From positions 90,218 to 129,202 of the IMG/VR virus record IMGVR_UViG_3300014202_001569: DNA of 38,985 nucleotides; one strand, 5' to 3'. This stretch comes from a virus. The position numbers and the translations under genes are program-made. The notes beneath the pieces were generated by a model. That model did not search any database and was not told where the DNA came from. It saw only the letters and a program-made list of their open reading frames with translations. How positions within the stretch are numbered: position 1 is the stretch's first letter; every line of letters begins with the position of its first letter. Below, in pieces: positions 1 to 7,503 of this stretch.

Positions 1-59
1 GAGCCTGATAGTGGCATTCGTGTTTGCCTTCGGCGTTTTTAATCCACTTAAAAGGACTC

Positions 60-371
60 TCAGTACGGGTCATTATTATCCTTTCGGGGGATTAGGGCAT
101 CATAAAGACAGTCGGTGTCTTCAATAATACGCACTTTCATTTGCATTTGGTTTTGAATGAATTTGGACAGGGCATCAATGTTAGAGCCGCGCCGTCCAAC
201 TAACATGCCAACACGTTCTGTTGTAATACAGAGAGCATTGGCATTGATTTCCAGCTTTGTAATACGCAGATCGGTCAATTCCTTCTCAGTGGCGACATAA
301 TCGCCTTTATTCTTATTGAGATAGAATTGACCGATTGCGGCTGCGGCTTCTCTGACAGGTAGTGGCAGCAT
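60..371 (-). CDS. KH-domain (type II, ribosomal uS3 N-terminal-like) RNA-binding protein
   Basis: ITTERVGMLVGRRGSNIDAL matches the KH GxxG loop as in uS3 (IxTxRPGxxIGxxGxxIxxL). Likely ATG at 371, just after the upstream stop. Confidence 0.65.
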   Translation of the reverse strand: MLPLPVREAAAAIGQFYLNKNKGDYVATEKELTDLRITKLEINANALCITTERVGMLVGRRGSNIDALSKFIQNQMQMKVRIIEDTDCLYDALIPRKDNNDPY

Positions 372-373
372 AT

Positions 374-565
374 TTACTCCAGCCAAGATTCTATAAGTGC
401 TTCGGTGGCAATGTCTTCGCTTTCTACTTCGACATACCAGCGGGAGAACGGCACTTCATCCTTAAACTCATTATACTGAGCGAGGAATTGTTCCTTATCC
501 TTAAACTCATAGGACTTGACATAACCAGCCGATGAATCCTTATCGCACGCAGTCAGAGTGAACAT
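374..565 (-). CDS. hypothetical phage protein
   Basis: ORF in the packed minus-strand array; ATG at 565 (MFTLT). Confidence 0.55.
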   Translation of the reverse strand: MFTLTACDKDSSAGYVKSYEFKDKEQFLAQYNEFKDEVPFSRWYVEVESEDIATEALIESWLE

Positions 566-770
566 TCTTTTCCCCTTGTTCAATGGTAACAGCCACTTCA
601 TGCCACTTGAGTTTCTTCTGTAGTTCAAGCAGCTTGTCTACTTCCTTGTAAAACTCGCCCGTATTTTGGTGATTCTTACAATTCAGATTGATACGATGGA
701 CGCACATTTCAATCTCGCCCCAAACGCACGCCTTCTCATAATCAGTCAGTTTACGCTTTTCCAGGTCCAT
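540..770 (-). CDS. hypothetical phage protein
   Basis: ATG at 770 overlaps the stop of the upstream gene (TAATG). Confidence 0.55.
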   Translation of the reverse strand: MDLEKRKLTDYEKACVWGEIEMCVHRINLNCKNHQNTGEFYKEVDKLLELQKKLKWHEVAVTIEQGEKNVHSDCVR

Positions 771-1039
771 TAGATTATTCCTTTCTCTTTGAGCCACTTT
801 TCGTAACCATTTGACTGCAAGAACTTTATGGCATTTTGTCTAGCTTCATCGGGAACATTGGGTTGTTCCGTAAAGAAATATGTAACGGACATTGAGCCTT
901 GATAACCAAAGCTACGGTTGATACCGTAGGAGATATGGAACTTATGGTTAGGCGAGTGTTTGGGGTCGCCTCCATTGCCCATATTACCAGGGAGCATACG
1001 GTAGCGTTGTCGGCTACTGCGTGTTTTGTTGAGTATCAT
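770..1039 (-). CDS. hypothetical phage protein
   Basis: ATG 8 nt downstream of a 16-bp junction motif. Confidence 0.55.
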   Translation of the reverse strand: MILNKTRSSRQRYRMLPGNMGNGGDPKHSPNHKFHISYGINRSFGYQGSMSVTYFFTEQPNVPDEARQNAIKFLQSNGYEKWLKEKGII

Positions 1040-1047
1040 GCTTCACT

Positions 1048-1063
1048 TGGTACAATTGCAATT
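1048..1063 (-). repeat. 16-bp junction motif, copy 1
   Basis: + strand TGGTACAATTGCAATT; overlaps the TGA stop of 1063..1356. Confidence 0.95.
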
Positions 1064-1356
1064 CAGCACATGGCATAGGATGCCTTAGAAGAAATCACGA
1101 TCTTAATGGACTTCTTATATCCAGGTTTAATATCCATGAATATAGTTTTCTTAACTACTTCTTCACCGCAGACGTAGCGAATTTCAATTTCTAGGCGAAC
1201 TGGCTCCGTGAGTGGTTGCGTCTTATAACAGGTGTTAGCTTCGATTTGTTCGCCGTTTATAAAGAGTGAATAGGGTGTACGGCTTTCAACAGCAATTTCA
1301 AATTGTGCGGGTTCGGCTGGAATGAGACTTGCGGCCAGTAGAATTAAATTGAACAT
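1063..1356 (-). CDS. secreted small beta-sandwich protein (PEGA/TIGR03000-like, tentative)
   Basis: Signal-peptide-like MFNLILLAASLIPA, LFINGE motif, AAGGAG RBS. Confidence 0.5.
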   Translation of the reverse strand: MFNLILLAASLIPAEPAQFEIAVESRTPYSLFINGEQIEANTCYKTQPLTEPVRLEIEIRYVCGEEVVKKTIFMDIKPGYKKSIKIVISSKASYAMC

Positions 1357-1395
1357 ATAGACTCCTTCTATTCAATTATAATCTATTTGTTGTAT

Positions 1396-1608
1396 TTAAT
1401 CAATCCTAATCCACGGTTGATCGTAGATGCAATTAGGCTCAAAATCAATTGGCCTTTCATACTCAGGGACAGGCTTATCACCTACTTGCCAGCCAACTTG
1501 CCGCAAATATCGCTTGCCATCCTTCGTGAAGACTTGATAAACCTCGTTATAGGTGTCTTCAATGACCGTTGCGCCGTCAGGCACCTCGTTCCAGTGATTG
1601 ATATACAT
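1396..1608 (-). CDS. hypothetical phage protein
   Basis: ATG at 1608 directly follows the stop of 1610..1831. Confidence 0.5.
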   Translation of the reverse strand: MYINHWNEVPDGATVIEDTYNEVYQVFTKDGKRYLRQVGWQVGDKPVPEYERPIDFEPNCIYDQPWIRID

Positions 1609-1609
1609 T

Positions 1610-1831
1610 TTAATCCTCAATTTCAATTTCTTCGTCCAGGTCCAGGGAACCGCCCAGGCCAGGAACGCCATGAATCCATTCGGCGGTAGCAACCGCAATG
1701 AATGCTGCTCCATAGGTTGGAGAGAGTCTAGGAAATTCTTTAACGTGGGTGAGTTCGTAAACCTTTTTTTGACCAAATTCACGCACTACTACCTTCGTCC
1801 CTATTTTTAATTCTTTTGCTTTGACAACCAC
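1610..1831 (-). CDS. hypothetical phage protein
   Basis: ORF in the packed array. Confidence 0.5.
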   Translation of the reverse strand: MVVKAKELKIGTKVVVREFGQKKVYELTHVKEFPRLSPTYGAAFIAVATAEWIHGVPGLGGSLDLDEEIEIED

Positions 1832-2175
1832 GTTTCCACATCCTTTGTGTCCAACATAGATAGCACCGCGTCGGGCTTAGCGCGGAAAATCGCCCTTAAT
1901 GTTTCCGCCGTCGATTGAGGAATGGGTTCATCCTCTTCAATAACATACATTTCGTCTAGCTTGTCGATAGGGACGCAGCACTTACTGGTCACGTCATCGA
2001 CATAAATACAGCCACGCGAACAGTTTGCGGGGAGAGTTTCATCGGGCCGTGCGATGATCCGCATATCACTCATGAAGATATTCGTTCCTCTTACGCAAAG
2101 ATACTGTTCGCCGCTGTCATTATCCAGGGCAGATTCAGGATTCTTTGCATAATCAGTCAGTCGGATATGGAGCAT
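1807..2175 (-). CDS. hypothetical phage protein
   Basis: 122-aa ORF with an AGGGG RBS-like sequence. Confidence 0.6.
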   Translation of the reverse strand: MLHIRLTDYAKNPESALDNDSGEQYLCVRGTNIFMSDMRIIARPDETLPANCSRGCIYVDDVTSKCCVPIDKLDEMYVIEEDEPIPQSTAETLRAIFRAKPDAVLSMLDTKDVETWLSKQKN

Positions 2176-2183
2176 GGTTCCCC

Positions 2184-2396
2184 TTAGTAGTCGAAGGTTA
2201 GTCCGTCGTGTTCGCTAAGACGGTGGCCATCGACCGTAATATATTCATCGGTCAGACCATTGGCATCATCGGCGTCTTCGGCATTCTCGGCGTCTTCAAT
2301 ATCGAAAACTCGCCGTTCCACGTCATCATACTTGGCCTTAGAGACGCAAGTAATCGAATCATCAAATACGCTGGTGTAGGTGACTTCACGAATCAT
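2184..2396 (-). CDS. hypothetical acidic phage protein
   Basis: GGAG RBS; 70 aa. Confidence 0.6.
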   Translation of the reverse strand: MIREVTYTSVFDDSITCVSKAKYDDVERRVFDIEDAENAEDADDANGLTDEYITVDGHRLSEHDGLTFDY

Positions 2397-2413
2397 GCTT
2401 TTGCTCCAGGTAG

Positions 2414-2562
2414 AAAAAAAGTGTTGCGGCGTGAGAGTTCTACTACTGAGTCTTCACTAGGTTTCGCTATGATTGGTTTCCCAGGTTTCCTAGCTATCAT
2501 TCAGTCCACTCTCAGCGGCGGTTTATTACTCGTTTATATTGAGTTGCCTCGCCGCAACACTT
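2414..2562 (-). ncRNA. putative structured non-coding RNA or cis-regulatory element ending in a U-tract
   Basis: 13-bp terminal inverted repeat (2419-2431/2550-2562), stacked 7-bp TGAGAGT/ACTCTCA helix, further internal helices, T7 tract; intergenic. Confidence 0.6.
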
Positions 2563-2566
2563 AGTT

Positions 2567-2582
2567 TGGTACAATTGCAATT
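2567..2582 (-). repeat. 16-bp junction motif, copy 2
   Basis: Exact copy, 1 nt after the TAA at 2584. Confidence 0.95.
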
Positions 2583-2583
2583 C

Positions 2584-3975
2584 TTAGAACGCAATCTCCA
2601 CGATAAGACGGAACAGGTAGTCCTGCAAATCGCGGCTCATATCGGTCGCACCCGTAGTATGATGTGCTACTTCCTCAAGCATAGCCTTGAGCAACGTATA
2701 GCCCATCGTGGCATGGTCAGTATGAATGTATACGATACCATTCTTATACATTCCGCCCGTTTGTGCTTCCCCGCTCATAATGGGATTGAAGCACTTGACA
2801 GGCGGCTTTTCCCGACCGTTCAGCTTACCATAGGTTTCGAGCAGATTCCAGACCATATCCAGTGCTTTGAGGGTATCTGGAGTAGCTTCGGATTCGGTAA
2901 ATCCTTCCTTTTCCAGACCATCCAGAACGTCATCTTCCGTCTGAATGCCCAATTGCTGGAGCGTTTGGAACCAATTACCTTCGATCTTAACAGGCTCAAA
3001 ACCCTTCTTTTGGACGAAATCGCTAACAGCCTTCTTGCCTGAAACAAGAACAGCATTATCACCAGCAACCGTCTTGAAAGCGGCCTTGAACTTGTCCGAA
3101 CGAGTCTTCTTAACCTCCTTGTTATCATATTCATTATGAACGTAGCTGGTTTCCAGCTTGCTTTCAAAGACCTTGCGGCCTTCAATTTGCGACTTGAGAA
3201 TCTTGGCCAAATCGCCAGCTTCTGCCGTGCTAATTGCCTTGGAGCAAGCATAACGCACGTCCCAAACTTGCGCATTACGCGATTCATCCAGGGCCAATTC
3301 ATCGCCCAAGTTATAATCGAAGACGCTTTCCTCTTCGACGCGGGAGACAAGCACGCCCTTCTTATAGATTAGGACATTCTTGCCAGTGCCCAGCTTCGGG
3401 AGAATCTTCGTGTTCAGCAAATGCGGCTGAGAGTAGTGAAGGAAAAGAGTTCCCAACTGCGTCCAACATTCCTGAATTTCAGGAGTCAGCGGCAGAAAGA
3501 CAGCGGTATGTCCTTCCTTGGCACGAACCTTATCCACCACTTCAAATTCCACGTCCTTATAGCTACCACCAGCGATAGTAGCACCGTCGATGGCATTGGC
3601 GACAAATTCGCGGAACGCCATTGCGATCTTAGTCCAATCTTGGACACCCCATTCCAGGGTAAAACCCAAATCTTCGGTAGCCGACTTCAACGTACCGTCG
3701 AAATCCTTGCCACCATACTTGACGCAAACCTGATTGAATTGCTGACCGCTCACCATACGCGGCTTAGAGAAAAAGAACATCTTGAGGGTGCCAGGACAAA
3801 TGGCAACGTCATGATTCTTACGCAAAAGCAAAGCCAGACCATTCTTGCTGCCGCTACCATACTGGCCGATAGTACCAGTCGCACCAGCGGAGCGAGTAGT
3901 AGAAACGCCCAGCAAGGTAAATGCACACGGGTCAGCAACGCCAGGATTGCGAATCATCAGGTACTGGTACTGCAT
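2584..3975 (-). CDS. GHKL-type ATPase with permuted motif order and a C-terminal zincin-like domain
   Basis: IRNPG, LLGVSTTR, IGQYGSGSK, REFVANAIDG and GHT motifs; C-terminal LEEVAH. True start probably ATG 3975 (GGAG RBS), not 4155. Confidence 0.65.
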   Translation of the reverse strand: MQYQYLMIRNPGVADPCAFTLLGVSTTRSAGATGTIGQYGSGSKNGLALLLRKNHDVAICPGTLKMFFFSKPRMVSGQQFNQVCVKYGGKDFDGTLKSATEDLGFTLEWGVQDWTKIAMAFREFVANAIDGATIAGGSYKDVEFEVVDKVRAKEGHTAVFLPLTPEIQECWTQLGTLFLHYSQPHLLNTKILPKLGTGKNVLIYKKGVLVSRVEEESVFDYNLGDELALDESRNAQVWDVRYACSKAISTAEAGDLAKILKSQIEGRKVFESKLETSYVHNEYDNKEVKKTRSDKFKAAFKTVAGDNAVLVSGKKAVSDFVQKKGFEPVKIEGNWFQTLQQLGIQTEDDVLDGLEKEGFTESEATPDTLKALDMVWNLLETYGKLNGREKPPVKCFNPIMSGEAQTGGMYKNGIVYIHTDHATMGYTLLKAMLEEVAHHTTGATDMSRDLQDYLFRLIVEIAF

Positions 3976-4016
3976 TGTTCTATTCTCCATTAGGGAAGTG
4001 ATGCGTCTGCCTAGAT

Positions 4017-4032
4017 TGGTACAATTGCAATT
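4017..4032 (-). repeat. 16-bp junction motif, copy 3
   Basis: Exact copy; supplies the TAA stop of the gene ending at 4031. Confidence 0.95.
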
Positions 4033-4435
4033 AGACTTCTTCTTCCTCGTACTCTTCTTCCCGCTCATACCGTGGTTCGCAATCCAACATATCGTGATAG
4101 TTCTTACGATATTCGGTGCGAGACTCGATATGCGTAATGATCTTCTCCAGCGCACTCACCAGATGCTTTTCGTAATCTTCGTTTTCGGTGCAGTTGCTGT
4201 TGTTTAAGTCTTCCCGCACGTCGGGAATGCCAAACTCACGCAAGAAAGACTCAGCGGGACCAGCGGTTTCGATGCCGTAGCCATCAAACCAATAGTCACC
4301 ATCGTTGTAATAACGATAGATGATACGATTGATAGCACGCAGCGTTTCACCTTCCAGCGTTTCGCACTTGCCGCTTGACGGAACTAGCTTGCTGAACAGC
4401 ACTTCATTCCGCTTTTCCAACACGTCGGGAACCAT
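4031..4435 (-). CDS. hypothetical phage protein
   Basis: AGGAG RBS with ATG at 4435; contains LVPSSGKCETLEGETLRAINRIIYRYYNDGD. Confidence 0.65.
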   Translation of the reverse strand: MVPDVLEKRNEVLFSKLVPSSGKCETLEGETLRAINRIIYRYYNDGDYWFDGYGIETAGPAESFLREFGIPDVREDLNNSNCTENEDYEKHLVSALEKIITHIESRTEYRKNYHDMLDCEPRYEREEEYEEEEV

Positions 4436-4464
4436 GATAATCTCCTGTTTGTGGGCAACAGGAC

Positions 4465-4480
4465 TGGTACAATTGCAATT
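4465..4480 (-). repeat. 16-bp junction motif, copy 4
   Basis: Exact copy; supplies the TAA stop of 4479..4865. Confidence 0.95.
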
Positions 4481-4865
4481 AGTAAACGCCGTGCCCAATG
4501 GAAACGTGAAGCGGGATTTCTGGTAGTCTAACTAAACCTAGCTCCTCTCTTATATCCAGAGCTAGATTACACTCAACGGGGAACCAGTAGTAATCCCCAT
4601 TAGTACCTACGCATGGGATAATCTCAAATTTCACTTCCTGACCGTTGTACTTTTCCCAGGCTGTCTTATTGGGCGGTTCTTCATCGCGGACAACGGTGAT
4701 GTGGGATTCCCATGCTGGCCGCTGTAATTTATAACAGCGATTGGTCATCAAATAGAATAGGTGGCGGTAATACTTCCCCAATGCGGGGTCACAGTCAATT
4801 ACCAGCCACCATTTAGACGAACTAGCCCCAAGTAATTTGGGGCTATATCTGAGCGTGCCAATCAT
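4479..4865 (-). CDS. 2H phosphoesterase superfamily protein
   Basis: Two Hx[T/S] motifs, SHITVV and LHVSIG, about 65 aa apart. Confidence 0.7.
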   Translation of the reverse strand: MIGTLRYSPKLLGASSSKWWLVIDCDPALGKYYRHLFYLMTNRCYKLQRPAWESHITVVRDEEPPNKTAWEKYNGQEVKFEIIPCVGTNGDYYWFPVECNLALDIREELGLVRLPEIPLHVSIGHGVY

Positions 4866-4866
4866 G

Positions 4867-5076
4867 TTATAATCCAGTTACAACGACTAATGTACTCCCT
4901 ACGCGATAATTAGCCCGAAATTCCGTGCTTTCTTCTGGCCGTAAATGCTCATGCGGCACAAACCCAGGCACCGCCAGCGACAGATAATCAAACAATTCTC
5001 TCTGATTATCAAACTGCCCCCAATAATCAGGCTCATTGGGAGTGTAAATGCAAAAATCGTATTTACTCTTGCGCAT
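4867..5076 (-). CDS. hypothetical phage protein
   Basis: ORF in the packed array. Confidence 0.5.
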   Translation of the reverse strand: MRKSKYDFCIYTPNEPDYWGQFDNQRELFDYLSLAVPGFVPHEHLRPEESTEFRANYRVGSTLVVVTGL

Positions 5077-5195
5077 CCTCTTCCTTCTTAATTAGTTGAC
5101 GTAACTTCTTACTGGAGTGGCGTTTAGCACGTTTGATCTTGCCGCGTTTAGAGCCAATAGAGGTTGCGTCGTTGCTTTGGGTAATGGTTTTAGTT

Positions 5196-5414
5196 TTAAT
5201 TTCCTTGCGTTTCATAGAGCCTCGTAGGGACGGTTTGCTTGTAGTGGTTAATCCACTTAATCACAAAAAATGGCCAGCCGAAGATCATGATGATGTAATT
5301 AAGGATGAAATAAGGGACAAATCGCCAATCCTTGACATGCTCCCAGCGCATATCGACCAGCGAAATAAAAGTAACTACAACGAACCAACAAGCGATCACA
5401 GTATTCCAGTCCAT
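5196..5414 (-). CDS. small two-TM membrane protein
   Basis: Two hydrophobic segments. Confidence 0.55.
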   Translation of the reverse strand: MDWNTVIACWFVVVTFISLVDMRWEHVKDWRFVPYFILNYIIMIFGWPFFVIKWINHYKQTVPTRLYETQGN

Positions 5415-5416
5415 AG

Positions 5417-5680
5417 TTAGTCGTTCCAGATTGTTAATTTGATACTATGGCTTATGTTCTCATAATGCCATGCCTGAATATCGCCTTCGTTATCCTTGTC
5501 TGTTTTAAGATAACGAAAGACGCGAGACTGCTTGGTATCGGGGTTGTCAATCGTAATGAAGTTAGGCACAGAGAAAGCGCCCCATTCATTACGTCCTGGC
5601 AGATTAGACAACTCAGTAGTGAGTGTCCGTGTATCCTTATGCCAGTTGAAATACTTCAAGTCTGTTCTGAGGTCTTTCAT
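5417..5680 (-). CDS. hypothetical phage protein
   Basis: ATG at 5680, 8 nt after motif copy 5. Confidence 0.6.
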   Translation of the reverse strand: MKDLRTDLKYFNWHKDTRTLTTELSNLPGRNEWGAFSVPNFITIDNPDTKQSRVFRYLKTDKDNEGDIQAWHYENISHSIKLTIWND

Positions 5681-5684
5681 GCTC

Positions 5685-5849
5685 TCACTGGTACAATTGC
5701 AATTGTTTGTCGATCTTCTTGGCCAAGATAGTTTCACACCTTTGGCAGCGATTCTCCATACGGACAGGGAAGCCGCCGAACAGCAATTGGCGTCTGGACG
5801 GTTGTAGTGTCACAGTTTTCTTTTCTTTGCCGCAGATGTTACATTTCAT
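5685..5849 (-). CDS. small CxxC...CxxC zinc-binding protein (54 aa, not in ORF track)
   Basis: MKCNICGK...RCQRCE...KQLQLYQ*; the last codons read through motif copy 5. Confidence 0.5.
   Translation of the reverse strand: MKCNICGKEKKTVTLQPSRRQLLFGGFPVRMENRCQRCETILAKKIDKQLQLYQ
5689..5704 (-). repeat. 16-bp junction motif, copy 5
   Basis: Exact copy. Confidence 0.95.
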
Positions 5850-5861
5850 TTAGTTACTCTC

Positions 5862-5890
5862 TTGCGTGATAATGGTACATTTGTTACATT
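5862..5890 (+). promoter_or_regulatory. sigma70-like promoter for the methylase
   Basis: TTGCGT-17 nt-TACATT, with TG just upstream of the -10. Confidence 0.4.
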
Positions 5891-5915
5891 GGAGACTGGT
5901 AATGGAACAATACAG

Positions 5916-6629
5916 ATGCAATATTTTGGTGGCAAACAGCGAATCGCTAAGTTTATTATAGCCTATCTGAACCGTATCAGAAAGCCAGGGCAAGTGTTCT
6001 TAGAGCCATTCGTCGGCTCAGCCAACATCATCATTGGCATGGATAATCCCCGCATAGGCTCAGACTTCCACGAAGATTTGATTATGCTGCATAAAGCTAT
6101 TCAGAGTGGGGAATTTGTATACCCGTCTGAGATTAGCGAGCAGCAATATCACGATCTTAAAAAAGCTGGACCTAGTGCCTTGCGTGCATTGGTCGGGTTC
6201 GGTTGTTCTTATTCTGGCAAATGGTTTGGTGGATATGCAAGGGCGGGCCAGCGTAATTATTGTCTTAATGCGGTTCATAGCCTACAAAAGAAAGCTAAGT
6301 TCTTTGATGGAATAGAGTTCCATTATAAAGATTACCGCGATTGGGAGCCTGTTGATTGTTTGATTTATTGCGACCCGCCTTATAGGAATCACACTAAGAT
6401 TCATAATAACAGTTTTGATTCTGATGAATTTTGGGATATTATGCGTAAGTGGTCTAAGCATAACACCGTGGTTACATCGGAATATGAAGCACCAAACGAC
6501 TTCACTTGTGCGCTGGAATTTGCTACTAAGACGGACATAAGAGGCAAAGAAGGCAAATTCCAGCGCACGGAGAAGTTGTTTATCGAAGCGGCGTTGTATC
6601 AAAGCCTAGCTTTGTCAGACGCATCTTGA
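5916..6629 (+). CDS. dam: D12-class N6-adenine DNA methyltransferase (Dam-like)
   Basis: YFGGK, FLEPFVGSA (SAM-binding motif I) and IYCDPPY (motif IV); ATG at 5916. Confidence 0.9.
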   Translation: MQYFGGKQRIAKFIIAYLNRIRKPGQVFLEPFVGSANIIIGMDNPRIGSDFHEDLIMLHKAIQSGEFVYPSEISEQQYHDLKKAGPSALRALVGFGCSYSGKWFGGYARAGQRNYCLNAVHSLQKKAKFFDGIEFHYKDYRDWEPVDCLIYCDPPYRNHTKIHNNSFDSDEFWDIMRKWSKHNTVVTSEYEAPNDFTCALEFATKTDIRGKEGKFQRTEKLFIEAALYQSLALSDAS

Positions 6630-7503
6630 TAGCGGCGTCAAAGCGTTCGGGCTTGCCACCGCTGGCGTTGGCCTTGTTGCGACAGAGCAACGTCTTAGCA
6701 CGTTTCCAGCCCCGCATCTTATCGGGGTTGGCCAGTGCTTGCGGATACTCACCGATGAGAGTATCCAGGTCATGCGAAGGCAGAGCCTTCTTCTTAGCAA
6801 ATCCAACTGCGCGGCCAGTGTTGTGATTGACCATTGGTTTCGGCCTTTCAGAAACTCGGTTAATAGGACAATTTGATTCCAATGTAAACAATAACATTGG
6901 ATTACTGTTGTCCCGATACTGGAAATAAGGCTTCTCTTCGACGGGAACAAAATGGACTGAATCTCCAAACAACTCAGTGAAGATACAGATATAGGTTGCT
7001 AGGCGATAGTCTCCATTGCAATAATACATATACGAAGTTCGCAAACTCTGTTGCGACTCATCAAACTCTTCACAGCGTTCATCAAGGAAAGGAACGCTTG
7101 GCCTCCAGGCATAATTGAAACAGAAACTAATCCTGAATGGATGCACCAAATGGGGAATCAATTCTGATTTAACCCACTCGTATAATTTCTCATCCATCGA
7201 GCCAATACAATCCAAATATGCGAAGTCTACTTTGGAGTGTAGTTTCAGCGTATGCAACTCGCCTATATGGAATTTGTAATCATTAAGGTGATGCAATTGC
7301 GGCTTAATGATACGGGCGGTACTGGCGTTATTTTCAACCAGATATAAGTTCTGGTATGGATGAATTACGCCTTTATCCAGGGCTAGATTCACACAGCGGC
7401 ATTTTGCTCCAGGCAAAAAGATAGCTGAATGCTGGGAACAAAATGAACCCATTGCAATATCGCGGGCTATTTGTTTCTTTTCACCATCCCATTCACTAAG
7501 CAT
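6580..7503 (-). CDS. SAM-dependent methyltransferase-like protein with basic C-terminal extension
   Basis: Rossmann-like AIFLPG, LYLVEN and VDFAYLDCIG segments; coupled to the upstream helicase. Confidence 0.45.
   Translation of the reverse strand: MLSEWDGEKKQIARDIAMGSFCSQHSAIFLPGAKCRCVNLALDKGVIHPYQNLYLVENNASTARIIKPQLHHLNDYKFHIGELHTLKLHSKVDFAYLDCIGSMDEKLYEWVKSELIPHLVHPFRISFCFNYAWRPSVPFLDERCEEFDESQQSLRTSYMYYCNGDYRLATYICIFTELFGDSVHFVPVEEKPYFQYRDNSNPMLLFTLESNCPINRVSERPKPMVNHNTGRAVGFAKKKALPSHDLDTLIGEYPQALANPDKMRGWKRAKTLLCRNKANASGGKPERFDAAIKMRLTKLGFDTTPLR

Noticed and set aside
2432-2514. Hammerhead ribozyme (CTGA..GA, stem GCTA/TAGC, then GAAAC)
   Set aside because: The core reads CTGAATGATA rather than CUGANGA directly before stem II, and stem III pairs poorly. 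Kept only as an unassigned structured RNA.
3976-4155. ORF-track N-terminal extensions containing NCNCT or MQLYQ (also 4498, 5737, 13597, 17014, 24055, 25903, 36752)
   Set aside because: These are translations through the 16-bp motif. Better starts with an RBS or tight coupling lie downstream of the motif.
5891-5961. GGAG plus ATG at 5902 as the methylase start or a frameshift site
   Set aside because: It is out of frame and gives only a 19-aa peptide. The in-frame ATG at 5916 gives a typical M-x-Y-x-GGK start. A regulatory upstream ORF cannot be supported.
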